The notes: generated by a model not told the origin, from the sequence alone. 64,000 nt of DNA from Laetmonice hystrix (GCA_965235115.1 OZ249436.1:55802001-55866000), one strand, 5' to 3'. Numbered from the stretch's first letter, positions 12,201 through 24,401 are shown. Made by a program: numbers and translations.

Positions 12201-15200
12201 CTTACGTTCTGCTTGTATTTTCGTCATGATTGCCCCGCAAAACACTGAATGTGGGCCTATATACATGGGTTTCAGAGGCGGGGTTTCATTGATTGATTGA
12301 TTGCTAAAGGGGATTAACCCCCATTACCCCCTCGATCCGCCACTGAGTTTCTTCTTCCCCATTCACACGATGGCTTAAAAATACTCTACTATTACGTTGT
12401 ATAATGCTGATAGAAATCAAGCCTATCCGTCACTGAACCGACGCTATTCTCTGAGCAGGTATTGAAGGTATGGGACCACATGGACCATACGTGCCTACAG
12501 ACAGTTACCATCAGGTTCCCGTGTATCGCCCAAGGCCCATTGCTCGACCACGGACCGTTCCCGCTTTGTCTGATTGCCCGACCACAGACCAGTGAGCTCA
12601 TTGTGATCGCTCAGGACTACATGGCACAGTTACCTATATCTCCGCTCGAACCGACCAATCACAGCTCGTCTTCCACACACAGAGATAGGCTCTGTGGCGC
12701 CATCTACAATCCGTTATACAAACAGGTAGGCATATAGGCCTAGCTTTGAACTACCAGGGATGCTTATCAAAACACTAATACTAAAATACTCATGTCGTCC
12801 TGGTCGATGGAAGAGATAATTATATGTTCAATATACGGCTCAAGTCGTGACGTCACGCATTAATAGGCCTACATAGATCTATTATTGCCATGGACTTCTT
12901 CCTCCAAAATTGAGAGCCCCTACCTTTTCCCAGAAAAACATCAAAGTGCTTAAAGGCCCACCAGAGTTTCACGCTGACGTCACTGCTGTTTATTCTGCTG
13001 GCCACATGACCATCTACATCCCTCTGGCTGGCAAACCATCAGCATCTCAGTGACAAAGCCATATGAACACCACAGATATGTACATGCTACCAACAAAAAC
13101 CGAATGTGGTTATACCTGTGTTGGTGTGGGGTATAGAACCATTGTCTAGATGGATCAATTGGCATTTATGGGAAGAGAAAAAAAACTAAGAGAACTGTCT
13201 TAATGCAAACAATGGTAACCTAAAGACAGGTGTGACCCACATTTCGCCTCAGTAAGGATTCTGTTCCGAACGGCTACATGCTACCAACATGTCCGATAGG
13301 AGATATGTCCGCAAACATCAGCTAGATGTGTTCGGTACCGGACACATCTAGCCGATATTTGCGGACATATCCGGATTATCCTCTAGAGTACGCCTATATA
13401 AAACTGACCACTAGATGGCAGCATCCATCACAGATACCACCAATGCCTGCAATGTGGCTATTGGCGCATGCACGCTCGTCCGCTCACGTTCCCTCTTTGG
13501 CCTCCTAGCGGAGACACCGGAGGGCTTGTTGACGCTTGGTGTCACCTTCGTCAATAAGAAGTTGGCATGAGTCGTTGTTGCCTGGATGAATACAAGTTTC
13601 TTTGATTTTCACTTAACCAAATGTTACGAATCAAGACAAAATGCATTTTAAAAGTATGCTTAAAGGTTTACTTACAACGTGCACTATCTTAAGATTTGTG
13701 ATTTCGCTGAGATATAGTTTAATATCGTGATCAACCTCTGTGCTGTGTCTGTCACACCTGTTCTGTGGTACCCGACCAATAGGCAGAGGTGAGGGTGAAA
13801 CTCGACGTTCCGTGGACATTCTTCAAAAGGGTTCTATAAATAGAACCTGTACCCCGTCAGTGTGCTCAATCTACGGCAAGGTTCCAAACGAGTTGACTCT
13901 CAATGGGCTATCGTGTGTCTCCAGACGCCAGATGCGAACATTAGGACTTGAACCCTGAAGAGTCAGACCAATCCCTGATTTTTTTAGTTCTCAATTTTTC
14001 TTGCTCTCGCCTCCCATTCATCAGGATCTGGGAGGGGCTGAGTGAGCCGAAATAATGTGGCCTATCACCAAAACGATGTTAACTTTCCAAATGTTCCAGT
14101 TTATTTTCTTCTAGTTTCAGCGATGTATTAAAATGGATATGTCAAGGCTGAGTGAAACCGGCAGTTTACATCTAGCTCATGTTTGCCGACCATAGCCGTT
14201 CGGACATATTTAGCCGGAACAGACTCTTTTAATTTATTTCTAACATTGTTAATATTACCCTACACAATAATGTTATGGTGAGTAGAATTATCAAGATTGG
14301 AGAAGGCTGGACATTCACGTTTGGCTAGCATACTATGATATTGGCAGAGACCATAGCACTGAGCCAGGCTGGCACCAGCATTGGCACAGGCCGGTGGACA
14401 CCAGCCCAATCATCAACACCTCTGCCGCGCCTGCTGACCCGGGCCCAGCACAGCCAGAGCAGGCTCTTGCTGACAACAATGCTTTCGCAGGTCAGCGCAC
14501 GTCTCAGTCAGGGGCCGTGGTGGCTTGATGTACTGTAGACTGACTGGGTGCTCTGTATGTAGTGGCCTGTGTTTTTTATGGCAGAATAATACAAATTCCA
14601 GACTCCAGCCTGAAAATGACCTGTGTTTATGGATGCCCCTTTGTTCTATTACTTACATAATAGACCTATTAAGAGGAGTTGGCTTTCTGGCCACTCTGAT
14701 GGGAAGAGAACCCTACATTAATTAAACGATCATAAAGCCATGTAAAAAGTAGATTAGCTTTTTATCCAAATTATCAGGGAAGGAATGGAGACTCTTGCTT
14801 TACTTCTTCCGTTTATGCATCGATCCAAATAACCAGTTATTATCCATGACTGCTGCATAGTTTCTCCATATAAACACTATGAAAGAACAGATGTATCCAC
14901 AGGGCGCCACTCTCTTCTACACGAAGTATACAGTGCGCCTTTAAGTAGGTAAATGTGAGCCTGATGACGATCTGGACTTGATGTCGTTAAGGTTGTGACG
15001 GCAGCCGAAGATTCTACTATCGGAATATGGGACTTGGAGACTGGCGGCAAGTGTACGATGATCACAGACGCCCATGACGACGAGGAGATCACGTGTGTGA
15101 CGTTTGACGTCACGAACAAGAGGATCATTTCGGCATCCAGGGACGGCTTGATCAAGGTGGGTGGGCAGGTGTCCAAATATCCACTATCCAAGTGGAAAGT

Positions 15201-18200
15201 AAAGGTAGGTGTGACATAGTAGGCAGTTTGTGTTAGTCCCACCCAGACCTATAAATGTTAGAGTATAGATCGACCGGTACACGACGCCTATTGTTTGCAG
15301 ACTTACAGCGTTCTGACGGGTCAGTGTATGCAACAGTTGGAGAAGGTCGGTGAGGAGGAGGTGGTGGGTTTGGTGGCCCTGACTGCCGGACATCCCACAA
15401 TCCTAGCCATCGGATCATCGGGAACGTTCGCCCTCTATGACGACTCCAATACGGAGGTAATTAAAGGTCGAATAAGGGCTTCACCAAAAGGACCCTCCTT
15501 TTCTCAATGTTTTTTTAATGAGAAATGCACCTCCTCTAGCTCACATTACCATGCATAGATGAATGGCATTCTGTGAGTTAAGCACTTCAAATTCTCAGAT
15601 CCTACTCTCGACCTTTCTTCTTACCCTTCCTACTAAGGCCTACAATAGTAGACTTATGATTTCAGGTTTATATATGATAATCTATAAAACAACGTAGGCC
15701 TATATGTCCCACTGTGAATCAAATAGAAAGCAGTGGAGCTGTTTGTTTTTTGTTCCATAATATAACTATAACCCCCCCCCCCTATATCTGCAGAACTCCA
15801 CTGTCCAAGCGGTACCCAACTGGCCGGTTGGTGACCATCACATTGCGGACATTGTGACAACAGCCTACCTGCCACCCGCCCTCCTGGCCACAGCCGACAC
15901 CACTGGTACCGTGCTGGTCTGGGATTTGGAACCCATCCGGTTCCGAGTAGGACTGCCTTCACAACCAGGGTATAAACCATCATCCTCATAACATCTCTAC
16001 GACCTATAGATTCAATTCAATACTTTATTTCAGACATATCTGTGATACAGAGATCCACAGACTACACATACTAAACGCAATAATGGACGTGATCCACTTG
16101 CGTTGCGATGCTTCCGATTCACCCCTTGCGCGGTCTTACGAGTTCTTCCGAGGAAAAAATCCAAATCACATTTTAAAGGTGGATTCCGAAGGCCGTGTTA
16201 TGATATGAATTTAATTTCTCTTCATAGGTAAATTCCGTAACGTTTTCACGGTTATTTGTAGGGAGGAAGTACCGGTTGACGCCTTACACTTCTGGGACAG
16301 GCGGGATCATCCGGATGGACAGATTGTTCTAATTGTCAGTCAGGTTGGAACCCTGACCTTCTGGAACATACAGACGTCACCCCACCGTCTAAGTACGTTT
16401 TTTATGGTAACATTTCCTTCTAGGCTTTTATATCTCAAACAGTTGTACAGACCTACAGGTATGTGTATGATTAGGTGTGTTATGGAAAGCTGCAATATGG
16501 CATGCCGAATTCCGGAATTTCCCCAGCAGAAATGAAGGCTTGTCCTTTCCCCCAAACATTGCTTATTTATTTTGCCTCCACCCGATAATTTCCTTACACA
16601 GTCTGTCTACCTTTCCTTCTGTATAAACCTCGCATACTGAACCTGTATCTAGATGGCCTATCATTAGGCCTAGGGGTATATGTTTGTGGTTTTATTATGT
16701 ATGTCCGACAGGCCAGTGTTTCGCGGCTGTTGACGAAGACGAGCTAGTACTGGCCCTGTGTACTGATATCAGTGGCAATCATTTGTACTCGGGAGATACT
16801 GGGGGTCACCTCAGGGTGTGGGAGATGGCGACAGATCCCCACACCTACACAAAGACGGTAAGTCGTTACTGTCAGCATTATACCTCAACATTGATCTTAC
16901 TGTGGCCCATATGGGACATTATAGGGGGGGTTATACATGGGGCCTATTCTCTTGCCCTTTCTTCACCTTTTCCTCTCCTCCAGAGGTAGAGTTTCCACCG
17001 GACCTTAATTTAGTGACATCTCAAGCCGTTTATCATATGTATAGCCTACGCCTATACGCTACTATATACATGTATTACGAAGGTTCCCTTTAATGATAAA
17101 TTTTCAGCCAGTCCTGGGTTGGCCCGAACTTCAGAGGACATGGCGAGGCCATGACGGAGCCATTGTAAGTGTTGAATACATTCAATATGATGAGGTCACC
17201 TCGTTGATCTTAACCGCATCCACAGACAGGATGGCTACACTGTGGAGGGTTGACGGCCACCGCATCGGTACATTCGGTCAGGTATGCTCTACATGTGTAC
17301 GTGGAAAAATCTCACGTGGGTCTAATAATCTGGTGTTAGATACAACGGACATTCAGATTACATTGAAGAATTGACAAGCAATGTCAAACGTTGTCATAAA
17401 TTAATGTCCATCTACGCAGAGCGACTTTAAACGAATTGGTTCAGTCAAGCTTATCTCCCCTCTGCGAATTACACATTAATAAATATAATGTGATTAACTT
17501 CGGATGCCCTTTCACAGAAAGCGACCTGGCAGATTCATGTCCACAATAATTCATGGCAGTGTGATGTAAAGACACAGAAGACTGAGCAGCATGGCGGTCA
17601 GTATCACGTTTAAAACTAAACTAAAGGTCCGCTAAATATCTAAAGACAAAGCGATGAAAGGAATATTACCCCCCCCCCCCCATTAAATAAAAGAACAATG
17701 TGAAGGTTACAATCGCAGCCATCGTGTTGCATGAATAGACTGCGCGTTCGGAGTATGTAGAAGCCTCAATGTTAACACCACATTTTATACATTTTTACGC
17801 TTAGAAAGTGCCCATAATAACAGCGGCTTATTGAACCATGACGATTTAACCTTCGATCTCACATCGACTGCGCCTTTACATCTTCCAAAGGTAGGTCTAA
17901 TCCGTTGGATATTTAATGCAAGGTGACTTTGATGACGTCAGTTGCCTACGTGCGTGAATATTGGAGTTATCGTCAACTCTGATTCTCAGCCTGCCTTCAG
18001 TGGGAAACACATAAACTCTCTTTTTTCTTGTTGAGTTATTTTTATCTCATTGGGCTTGTTATATTCATGTGATAGATGTGTGCAGCAGGACCACGTTGAC
18101 GCAGTAGGCTTGTGGACGTGCATCCCGATTTACCAAGCCTATATATGAGTGTGTTTAATGTGGTTAATAGCTTCAACTGCTCGGGTCTTGATTCTAATAT

Positions 18201-20169
18201 TAAATGGTCTCACAGGTGAAGCTGCACAAATTACTCGATCGTCATGACAACATGCCCTCGTCTGCCAACAGTTTAACATCAGAAAGGAGTTGTCTTGATC
18301 AAAAGGTATTTAGGGCCTTCTCAAAACGTCATGTCTTATAAGCCATATCTAGGGCCTCTTCAGGATTCCCACGGTCATAAATTGTCATGGAAAATCATGG
18401 AAAATGACATTTGGTTTTCCAGGCCTTGTAAAGGCATGGAATATAGAAAAACGAGGGGAAGTCATGGAAAAGTCATGGAATTTGAAATTTCTTTTGAACC
18501 ACATTTTAGTTTCTGTTAGGCCTTAATTGTAGAGTTGCACGACGTACTAATTTTATCCGGAATTGGTCATGAAATTTCAAAATAGCCAACTTAAATTGTG
18601 CGTGGGAACCCTGTTATTGGATTAGCATCCGAGGGGTGTTTTTGTCATAAGGAGGCGGGCCACACTCATGTCGGATAGCACCCTGGATCCGCATGTAGCC
18701 TGCAGTGTTGTTATTTCGTGCCTACAGGTGTGGCTGGGGCGGCATGTGGACCGGGAGCTCAAACGTCAGACCAGAGACCGACGACGACGGAGAGAGACCC
18801 AGGCCGAGTGGCGGAGTCCCGGGTCGTATACACGTGCCACTGGGCCCTTCCACTGCCTGCAGGTCAAGGTGAGACGTTAGCAATATTATAGGACTACTCT
18901 AGATCTTGTCATCAGACAGGGCTAGACCTAATGGTCTCAGTGGCGTACCCAGAAACACCCAGGGGGTGCTGGAAATAGTCTTATTTTTACGGCTTTTACA
19001 AGGCAACAAGCGCACACACACAAAATTGGGCAAATTGAGGGGGGTGCTTGAGCATCCCAAGCACCCCCCCCCCCCGGGTACGCCACTCTCCAAGACCTCG
19101 AGGTAGGGCGGGGGTAAGGCCCTTTGCCTCTGGTGAACAAAAACGAACTAAATCTGCGTCCATGCCGCCTCACTTTGGTGGCGCCCCCTTATGGTTCTAT
19201 AATTAGGACGTAACACGCGGCGAAACTTGCATAAAGACATCCTCGAATTTTTATTTGTATCTCAATTCTTATAAAAAAAAAAAGCTTGTAAAAATGGTTT
19301 CATCCTCTGGAAATAATAATGCCCTAAGGTTCAGCAAGGTTTCCATTTAAGGCATGTAGATCTATGTGGTATGTATAGGCCTATATATAGGACTATTTAT
19401 TTAAGTGTGTCTTCAGGAGGGAAGAAGTGACACGTCAAAAACAAAATAGTGTCTCTGGGGTAAGAGAGTAGGTCGGGGCAAAAGGCCGTCATTCAGAAAC
19501 ATTAATTTGTTCCCAGGACAAGACGCCATCAAACTTACGAAACGTCACAGTGGGGTAACAGGCCCCTCGTTTGGTGATTAGACTAATTGTTTACTGTTTT
19601 CTAATTCTTAGGCCTATTTCTTAAACAAGAAGACGTTAAACCTTTCGTACATAATGTCTCAGCACCAAAATGCAATATAGAATAATCCTCAAAACTCCAT
19701 TAGTCATGTGTAATCGACAATTTCCCGTAAGGGGCCGGGCTTTTTACCCCGCCCAGACCCTATAAGGCCTATAGGCCTAGGCCTACAATATGTCCCAACT
19801 AGGCCTAGATCTATAGATCTTATAATTTACGAGGATTTAGGCTACATTTCAGGGATTCGGAGAGAAAATATATTTATAAACTGTTTCTATGTCATGCAGC
19901 CCCTGGTCGAGATTGGCAGTTTACCCGATATCTTCACTATTGGAGCGCCGTCTGTCACAATGTCGGCGTCCTCCTCCGCAGTGACACCTAGTGGGCGGCA
20001 CGGGAAGTACCGCCCAGTCAAACTCTCCAGGCCGCCGTCCGAGTCTCGGAATGAGCCCTCTCAACGACTGCCTGTTGTCTGCAGGAACCATACACCGGGC
20101 GCAACGCTGGGCGAAACTCATGACAACCCATTGGGCCTAGAGCTTTCTTCACTTTCAATGTTTTCTTAG
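4203..20169 (+). CDS. EF-hand + WD40-repeat protein of the WDR49(CFAP337)/EFCAB8/WDY family, 21 exons, ~1059 aa
   Basis: Phase-consistent GT-AG exons: 4203-4276 (first exon, least certain), 5277-5496, 5788-5934, 6387-6449, 7318-7543, 10747-10793, 11164-11304, 11529-11717, 12002-12193, 12459-12725, 14992-15156, 15301-15456, 15794-15969, 16262-16392, 16712-16857, 17108-17281, 17518-17596, 17805-17890, 18216-18305, 18728-18868, 19900-20169 (TAG). Total 3180 nt, open. EF-hand LDTSHDNYVDWNEFSAYL. WD40 repeats include LVTGSSDHLVRVWNPYV...LQGHTVGIVDV, SYSRDAVLKVWD, AAEDSTIGIWD and WRGHDGAIVSVEYI. The family call comes from recalled domain architecture; the exact paralogue is unresolved. Confidence 0.85.
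5052..5218. mobile_element. CAG...CTG MITE (hAT-like) with 5-bp TSD
   Basis: TIRs CAGTAGCGTACCC / GGGTACGCCACTG, flanked by ATATT on both sides. A related copy lies at 18938-19088. Confidence 0.7.
5526..5690. repeat. (GA)n/(GACA)n microsatellites
   Basis: Directly visible runs at ~5526-5541 and ~5625-5690. Confidence 0.9.
6583..7106. mobile_element. MITE with TACGG termini and internal ATTTCGTTCC repeats
   Basis: TIR TACGGAGCCCCTAAAGGGACATGTGGGAATTCT with exact reverse complement ending at 7106. CTA flanks both sides (3-bp TSD). ~20-bp subterminal repeats are inverted between the arms. Confidence 0.85.
7636..7787. mobile_element. CAG...CTG-type MITE with 5-bp TSD
   Basis: CAAGTGGCGGACCCAGG...CCTGGATCCGCCCCTG, flanked by ATTGA on both sides. 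Confidence 0.7.
7931..10720. mobile_element. ~2.8-kb non-autonomous DNA transposon with long TIRs built of CCACTTTTGTCAC repeats
   Basis: Left end TGTAGCAACCACTTTTGTCATTTTTACCAC... is mirrored by ...GTGGTAAAAATGACAAAAGTGGTTGCTACA over roughly 90 bp. No intact transposase. TSD unclear (CCCC near both ends). Superfamily not assigned. Confidence 0.75.
9026..9280. repeat. (GA)n-rich microsatellite
   Basis: Long GA runs; they account for the spurious SL/RE-repeat ORFs in the ORF track. Confidence 0.92.
11743..11934. mobile_element. Short MITE
   Basis: TATAGTCTGTTCGCTCTAAGAAGA...TCTTCTTAGAGCGAACAGACTATA, plus inner inverted repeat CTCGGCCTCATTAAAGCT / AGCTTTAATGAGGCCGAG. Confidence 0.8.
13260..14223. 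mobile_element. ~1-kb element with imperfect inverted ends, an internal 70-bp hairpin and a CTCF-like site
   Basis: Left end TCTGTTCCGAACGGCTA...CAAACATCAGCTAGATG; right end CATCTAGCTCATGTTTG...TAGCCGTTCGGA...CGGAACAGA. No clear TSD. Confidence 0.55.
13405..13423 (+). promoter_or_regulatory. CTCF-like binding motif
   Basis: TGACCACTAGATGGCAGCA is a near-consensus match to CCACYAGRKGGCRS. Confidence 0.55.
18361..18613. mobile_element. hAT-like MITE with GTCATGGAA repeats
   Basis: CAGGATTCCCACG...CGTGGGAACCCTG termini; repeated TCATGGAAA internally. Confidence 0.7.
18938..19088. mobile_element. MITE of the same family as 5052-5218, inverted orientation
   Basis: CAGTGGCGTACCCAG...GGGTACGCCACT. 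Internal GGGGGTGCTTGAGCA is the reverse complement of the motif in the 5052 copy. Confidence 0.7.
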
Positions 20170-20176
20170 GCCTTGA

Positions 20177-20331
20177 CAGGGGTGGACCCGGGATTGGGGG
20201 TGGGGGTGGAATTCTCTAAAGGAGGGGTTCAGCATGGTCAATTCAGAAAGTTCTATGGAGGGGGGAGAAAAGTTTGTTGCCAAGGGAGGAGGTGTCACCC
20301 CACCCCCCACCCCCAGCTGGATCCGCCCCTG
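20177..20331. mobile_element. CAG...CTG MITE inserted 7 bp after the WD40 gene stop codon
   Basis: CAGGGGTGGACCCGG...CTGGATCCGCCCCTG; flanks CTTGA/CTTCA. Confidence 0.65.
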
Positions 20332-20651
20332 CTTCATGCAGGCCTATTCTCTTTTGGCCAAGAACTCGAGTAGCACTATGGACGAATTATAGGCCGCCAA
20401 CATGTAGGCTACTCATAAACCTAGGCCTATAGACTACGCCTAGGCCTTATTGAAAGTGTTTCAGCCCTGTAACTAATAGGCTAATCCTTGTTTGCTTACC
20501 ATTCACAACAAACTTTTGATGATCGAGTTGAACATGTACGACGACCGTCAATATTTTGCAGAGAAAATAAACCGACGGTTTTAACATATTATACTAGGCT
20601 ATGCCCTGGAAGCGGAGACGTTTTGTTTGTGATGTTGCTTGTTTCCCATAG

Positions 20652-20687
20652 TTCTTTCTTTTCTTTTCTTTCTTTCTTTCTTTCTTT

Positions 20688-20739
<52 letters not shown>

Positions 20740-20850
20740 TCCTTTCTTTCTTTCTCCCTTTCTTTCTTAATTTCTTAATTTCTTAATTTCTTTCTTTCTT
20801 AAAATTTTTAATTTCTTTCTTTCTTTCTTTCTTAAATCTTTCTTTCCTTT
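20652..20850. repeat. (CTTT)n microsatellite
   Basis: Directly visible. Confidence 0.92.
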
Positions 20851-20987
20851 TGATGACTTATCTATAGTTATTCTATTCAGGCATGATTTTTTTTAGAATG
20901 TGTTTGAAACATATAGGCCTATAGTATAGGCCTATTATGTTTCACATTCTAATAATTTGCATTACAAAAATATCATGCCTGAATAAA

Positions 20988-22229
20988 ATGTATTGAGTGG
21001 CGTCATACTCGAGCAAACACTATGTACAGTGAGGGCTCTCTACATGGATTGACTGGCCTAGCGCTGGAGCAAACAGTACAGTGAGGGCTCCTTACATGTA
21101 TTGGCTGACCTTATACTCGAGCAAACACTATAGTGAGGGCTCCATACATGTACTGACTGGCCTTATTGTCGAGCAAACACTACAGTGAGGGCTCCCTCCA
21201 TGGAAAGACTGGCCTAGCGCTGGAGCAAACAGTACAGTGAGGGCTCCCTACATGTTTTGACTGAGGTTAGACTGAAGCAAACACTAAAGTGAGGGCGCCC
21301 TACATGTATTCACTGGCCTTATACTCGAGCAAACACTACAGTGAGGGTTCCCTCCATGGAAAGACTGGCCTAGCGCTGGAGCAAACAGTAAAGTGAGGGC
21401 TCCCTATATGTTTTGAAAGATCTTAGACTGAAACAAACACTACAGTGAGGGCTCCGTACATGTATTGACTAGCCTTCTCGAGCAAACTCTACAGTGAGAG
21501 CTCCCAACATGTACCGTCTGGCTTTATAGTCGTGCAAACACTACAGTGAGGGGTCACAACATGTACTCACTGGCCTTATACTCAAGCAAACACTACAGTG
21601 AAGGTTCACCACATCGACTGACTGGCCTTATACTCTAGCGAATACTAGAGTGAGGGCTCTTTACACGTATTGGCCGGCCTAAGACTGGAGCAAACACCAA
21701 AGTAGGGGCTCCCTACATGTATTGACTGCCCTTTGGCTGCAGCAAACACTACAGTGAGGGCTCCCAACATGTACCGTCTGGCCTTATACTCGTGAAAACA
21801 CTACAGTGAGGGGCCACCACATGTACTGACTGGCCTTATACTCGAGCAAACACTACAGTGAGGGCTCCCTACATGTATTGAGTGGCGTCATACTCGAGCA
21901 AACACTACAGTGAGGGCTCCCTCCATGTAAAGACTGGCCTTGCGCTGGAGCAAACAGATACATGCAGTGAGGGGTCCCTACATTGTATTCAGTGGCATCA
22001 TACTCGAGCACACACTACAGTGAGGGCTCTCCACATATAGTGACTGACCTTATACTCGAGAAAACACTACAGTGAGGGCACTCTACATGTATTGACTGGC
22101 CTCAGCTTGGAGCAAACACTACAGTGAGGGCTGCCCACATGGACTGACTGGCCTTATACTCGAGCAAATACCACAGTGAGGGCTCCCTACATGTATTGAC
22201 TGGCCTTATTGTCGAGCAAACACTACAGT
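20988..22229. repeat. 52-bp minisatellite, ~24 copies
   Basis: Consensus CTGGCCTTATACTCGAGCAAACACTACAGTGAGGGCTCCCTACATGTATTGA; AGTGAGGG recurs about every 52 bp. Confidence 0.93.
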
Positions 22230-22559
22230 TTATCGCTCACCCTTATTATCGTTCACTATGTCATTGAATCGCTTACGTTCTTCACATAACCTAGACTAAC
22301 AATTAGTTGGACAATGATTTTCACTTAGATAGCCTACACATTAAATCGGGAAAACGTCAGTGAATATGTCTCATGCATAGGCCTATGACGATAAACTCAC
22401 CTGACCGAGATGTTGTCCAGCAGACGACGACTCCACAAACTTCCAGCAGACAGTTTTTGGTTTCACAATTTCCCACCTCAGCTGGCTGTTAATTCATTAC
22501 TCAACATTATCACCAGGGCCACATAACAATACCAACAGAGAATGCTTACCACTTCACTT

Positions 22560-23339
22560 TCTTGCCACAAGATATGGGCTACATATTGCAAATGAGCTTT
22601 TTTAATGAGTAAAACTCATTTTGACGTGAAGATATATCCAGAATAGCTCGAGTTTTGGCTAACATGGCGGCCATATTTAATTCATGCAAATGTGGGAGCG
22701 AACCAATCACTCTTCTTCTTCTAGTAACCGATTCCGCTGTCCCAGAACCTCCTAAAAATAATTTACATAATGAAAAAAGTCAATTTAGGCTACAGTTGGA
22801 GATAATGCCAAAAGTGAATCGCAATGGGTAAGATGGCGGCCATATTGGATTTATGCAAATAAAGTGTGGACCAATTAGAATATGTATCACTGCAAAAAGA
22901 TTGTGTACGTCATTTATCCCCTGAACAGTACTTTATAAAGAGTAAAATTCCATTTTGACGTTGAGATATAGCCAGAATACCTCAAATTCGTATATTAAGT
23001 TGGCGGCCATATTTAATTTATGCAAACGAGGGAGCGGCCAATCACTTTTTTTTCTTCTTGTAACCGATTCCTCTGTCCCAGAACCTCCTAGAAAAAAAAT
23101 AAATAATAAAAAAAAAAACAATTTACGGGTGGAGATAATGCCAAAAGTGAATCGCCATGGGTAAGATGGCGACCATTGGATTTATGCAAATTAGAAAAAA
23201 ATGTTCAAGGGTGCCAAGCTGGCATCAGGCGGATTCTCACTCAGGACGACCTTGGCACCTTAAATCCACCAAAAAATATAAAAGTTATACCACATTTCCA
23301 GGTTCAGCTCCAAAAAACCCTTCTGGCTGCCCGCGACTA
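22560..23339. mobile_element. Academ-like transposon end with an internal ~250-bp direct duplication
   Basis: Right terminus CTGGCTGCCCGCGACTA (reads TAGTCGCGG on the minus strand). Repeated GGCGGCCATATT...ATGCAAA motifs. Segment 22607-22860 is duplicated at 22940-23190. The left boundary is approximate and the superfamily call is from recall. Confidence 0.5.
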
Positions 23340-23480
23340 TAGTTCTTTATTCTGGACAGCAGCTGGGCCATATGCGTTTTTCCGCGCTTCCAGCACAATA
23401 ACAGATTACATATTTTCTTAATTCTAAGGGATGACAAGGACAGGCAGGTGGGATATAGTGGGTCAGGTGGGGAGATAGGG

Positions 23481-23854
23481 CCCTGAAGGGAAATTCGACT
23501 TTGACTTCGAGTTCGAGTTCGACTTCGAGTTGTACTTCGACTTACACTCCGAGTTCGACAATGACCCGCCCCTGGGCCGGTTAGGCCTACTTTGGCTGTC
23601 AGACCAATCAGTGCCATGGTCTGTCGGACCAATGGGAAAATATAACTAACCCTAAACTAAACCGTAACTCTAACCCACAGGGTGTCGGAGCTGTCGGACA
23701 TGAGTGACATACTTTGCCGCTAGGGTGCCGGAAACCGGAAGTCGAAGTTTAACTCGAAGTCGAAGTGTAGTAAGTCGAAGTCTATGTCGAAGTTTAACTC
23801 GAACTCGAAGTGTAAGTCGAAGTCTATGTCGAATTTCCCTTCAGGGTTTCCGTA
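23481..23854. mobile_element. TACGG-type MITE with (GACTTC/GAAGTC)n arms
   Basis: CCCTGAAGGGAAATTCGAC...GTCGAATTTCCCTTCAGGGTTTCCGTA; left end truncated; internal CTAACCCTAA motif. Confidence 0.7.
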
Positions 23855-23899
23855 GTACGGGTATAGACTATATAGGGCCCTAATCACAAAAGTCGATCA

Positions 23900-24263
23900 G
23901 GTGGCCTGCCCTATAGGGACGTTTAGATCACTAATCCGAGGAGAAAACCTTTCTCCGCTGAATTATACTTTTCTCCGCGGAATTATACTTCTCCCCACGG
24001 AATTATACTTTTCTCCGTGAACTTATACTTTTCCCCACGGAATTAGGGCCTAGGGGGCCACTTTTTTCCGGGGAATTAAACTTTTCTTCGTGGAAATAAA
24101 CTTTCCACCGCGGACTTTTCTCCTCGGAGGAAATATTTAAAGTAGGCTATCATTCCGCGAAGAAAAGTATAATTCCGCGGAGAAAAGTATTTATAATTCC
24201 GTTGAAAGTTTATTTCCGCGTAGAAAACATTTTCTAATTAAATGTCCCTTACGGGCCACCGTA
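23900..24263. mobile_element. TACGG-type MITE with TTCCGCGGAGAAAAGTATAA arms
   Basis: GGTGGCC...AGGGACGTTTA versus TAAATGTCCCTTACGGGCCACCGTA; ~20-bp repeats inverted between the arms. Ends 139 bp before the B9D1 ATG. Confidence 0.7.
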
Positions 24264-24340
24264 CGTGAACGCTGTCACGATAAATACCCACCATAGTTTA
24301 TTCTGATAAACGGATTCATGTATGCGTTACCAAACTTCAG

Positions 24341-24359
24341 GTGGTGCCATCTGGTGGAA
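24341..24359 (-). promoter_or_regulatory. CTCF-like motif just upstream of B9D1
   Basis: Minus strand reads TTCCACCAGATGGCACCAC, about 43 bp before the ATG. Confidence 0.5.
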
Positions 24360-24401
24360 TATGTCCGATCGCAGCAACCAAGGAATGCCTAACCTGCAGT
24401 C

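Noticed and set aside
14335..14540. GC-rich exon-like stretch in a WD40-gene intron
   Set aside because: No phase-0/phase-0 splice pair giving an open frame was found, and the gene model is complete without it.
20988..22229. CRISPR-like array
   Set aside because: Whole 52-bp units are homologous with no unique spacers, there are no cas genes, and the context is eukaryotic. It is a minisatellite.
24326..24380. RFX X-box upstream of the ciliary gene B9D1
   Set aside because: Only half-sites (GTTACC, AGCAAC) are present; no full palindromic X-box.
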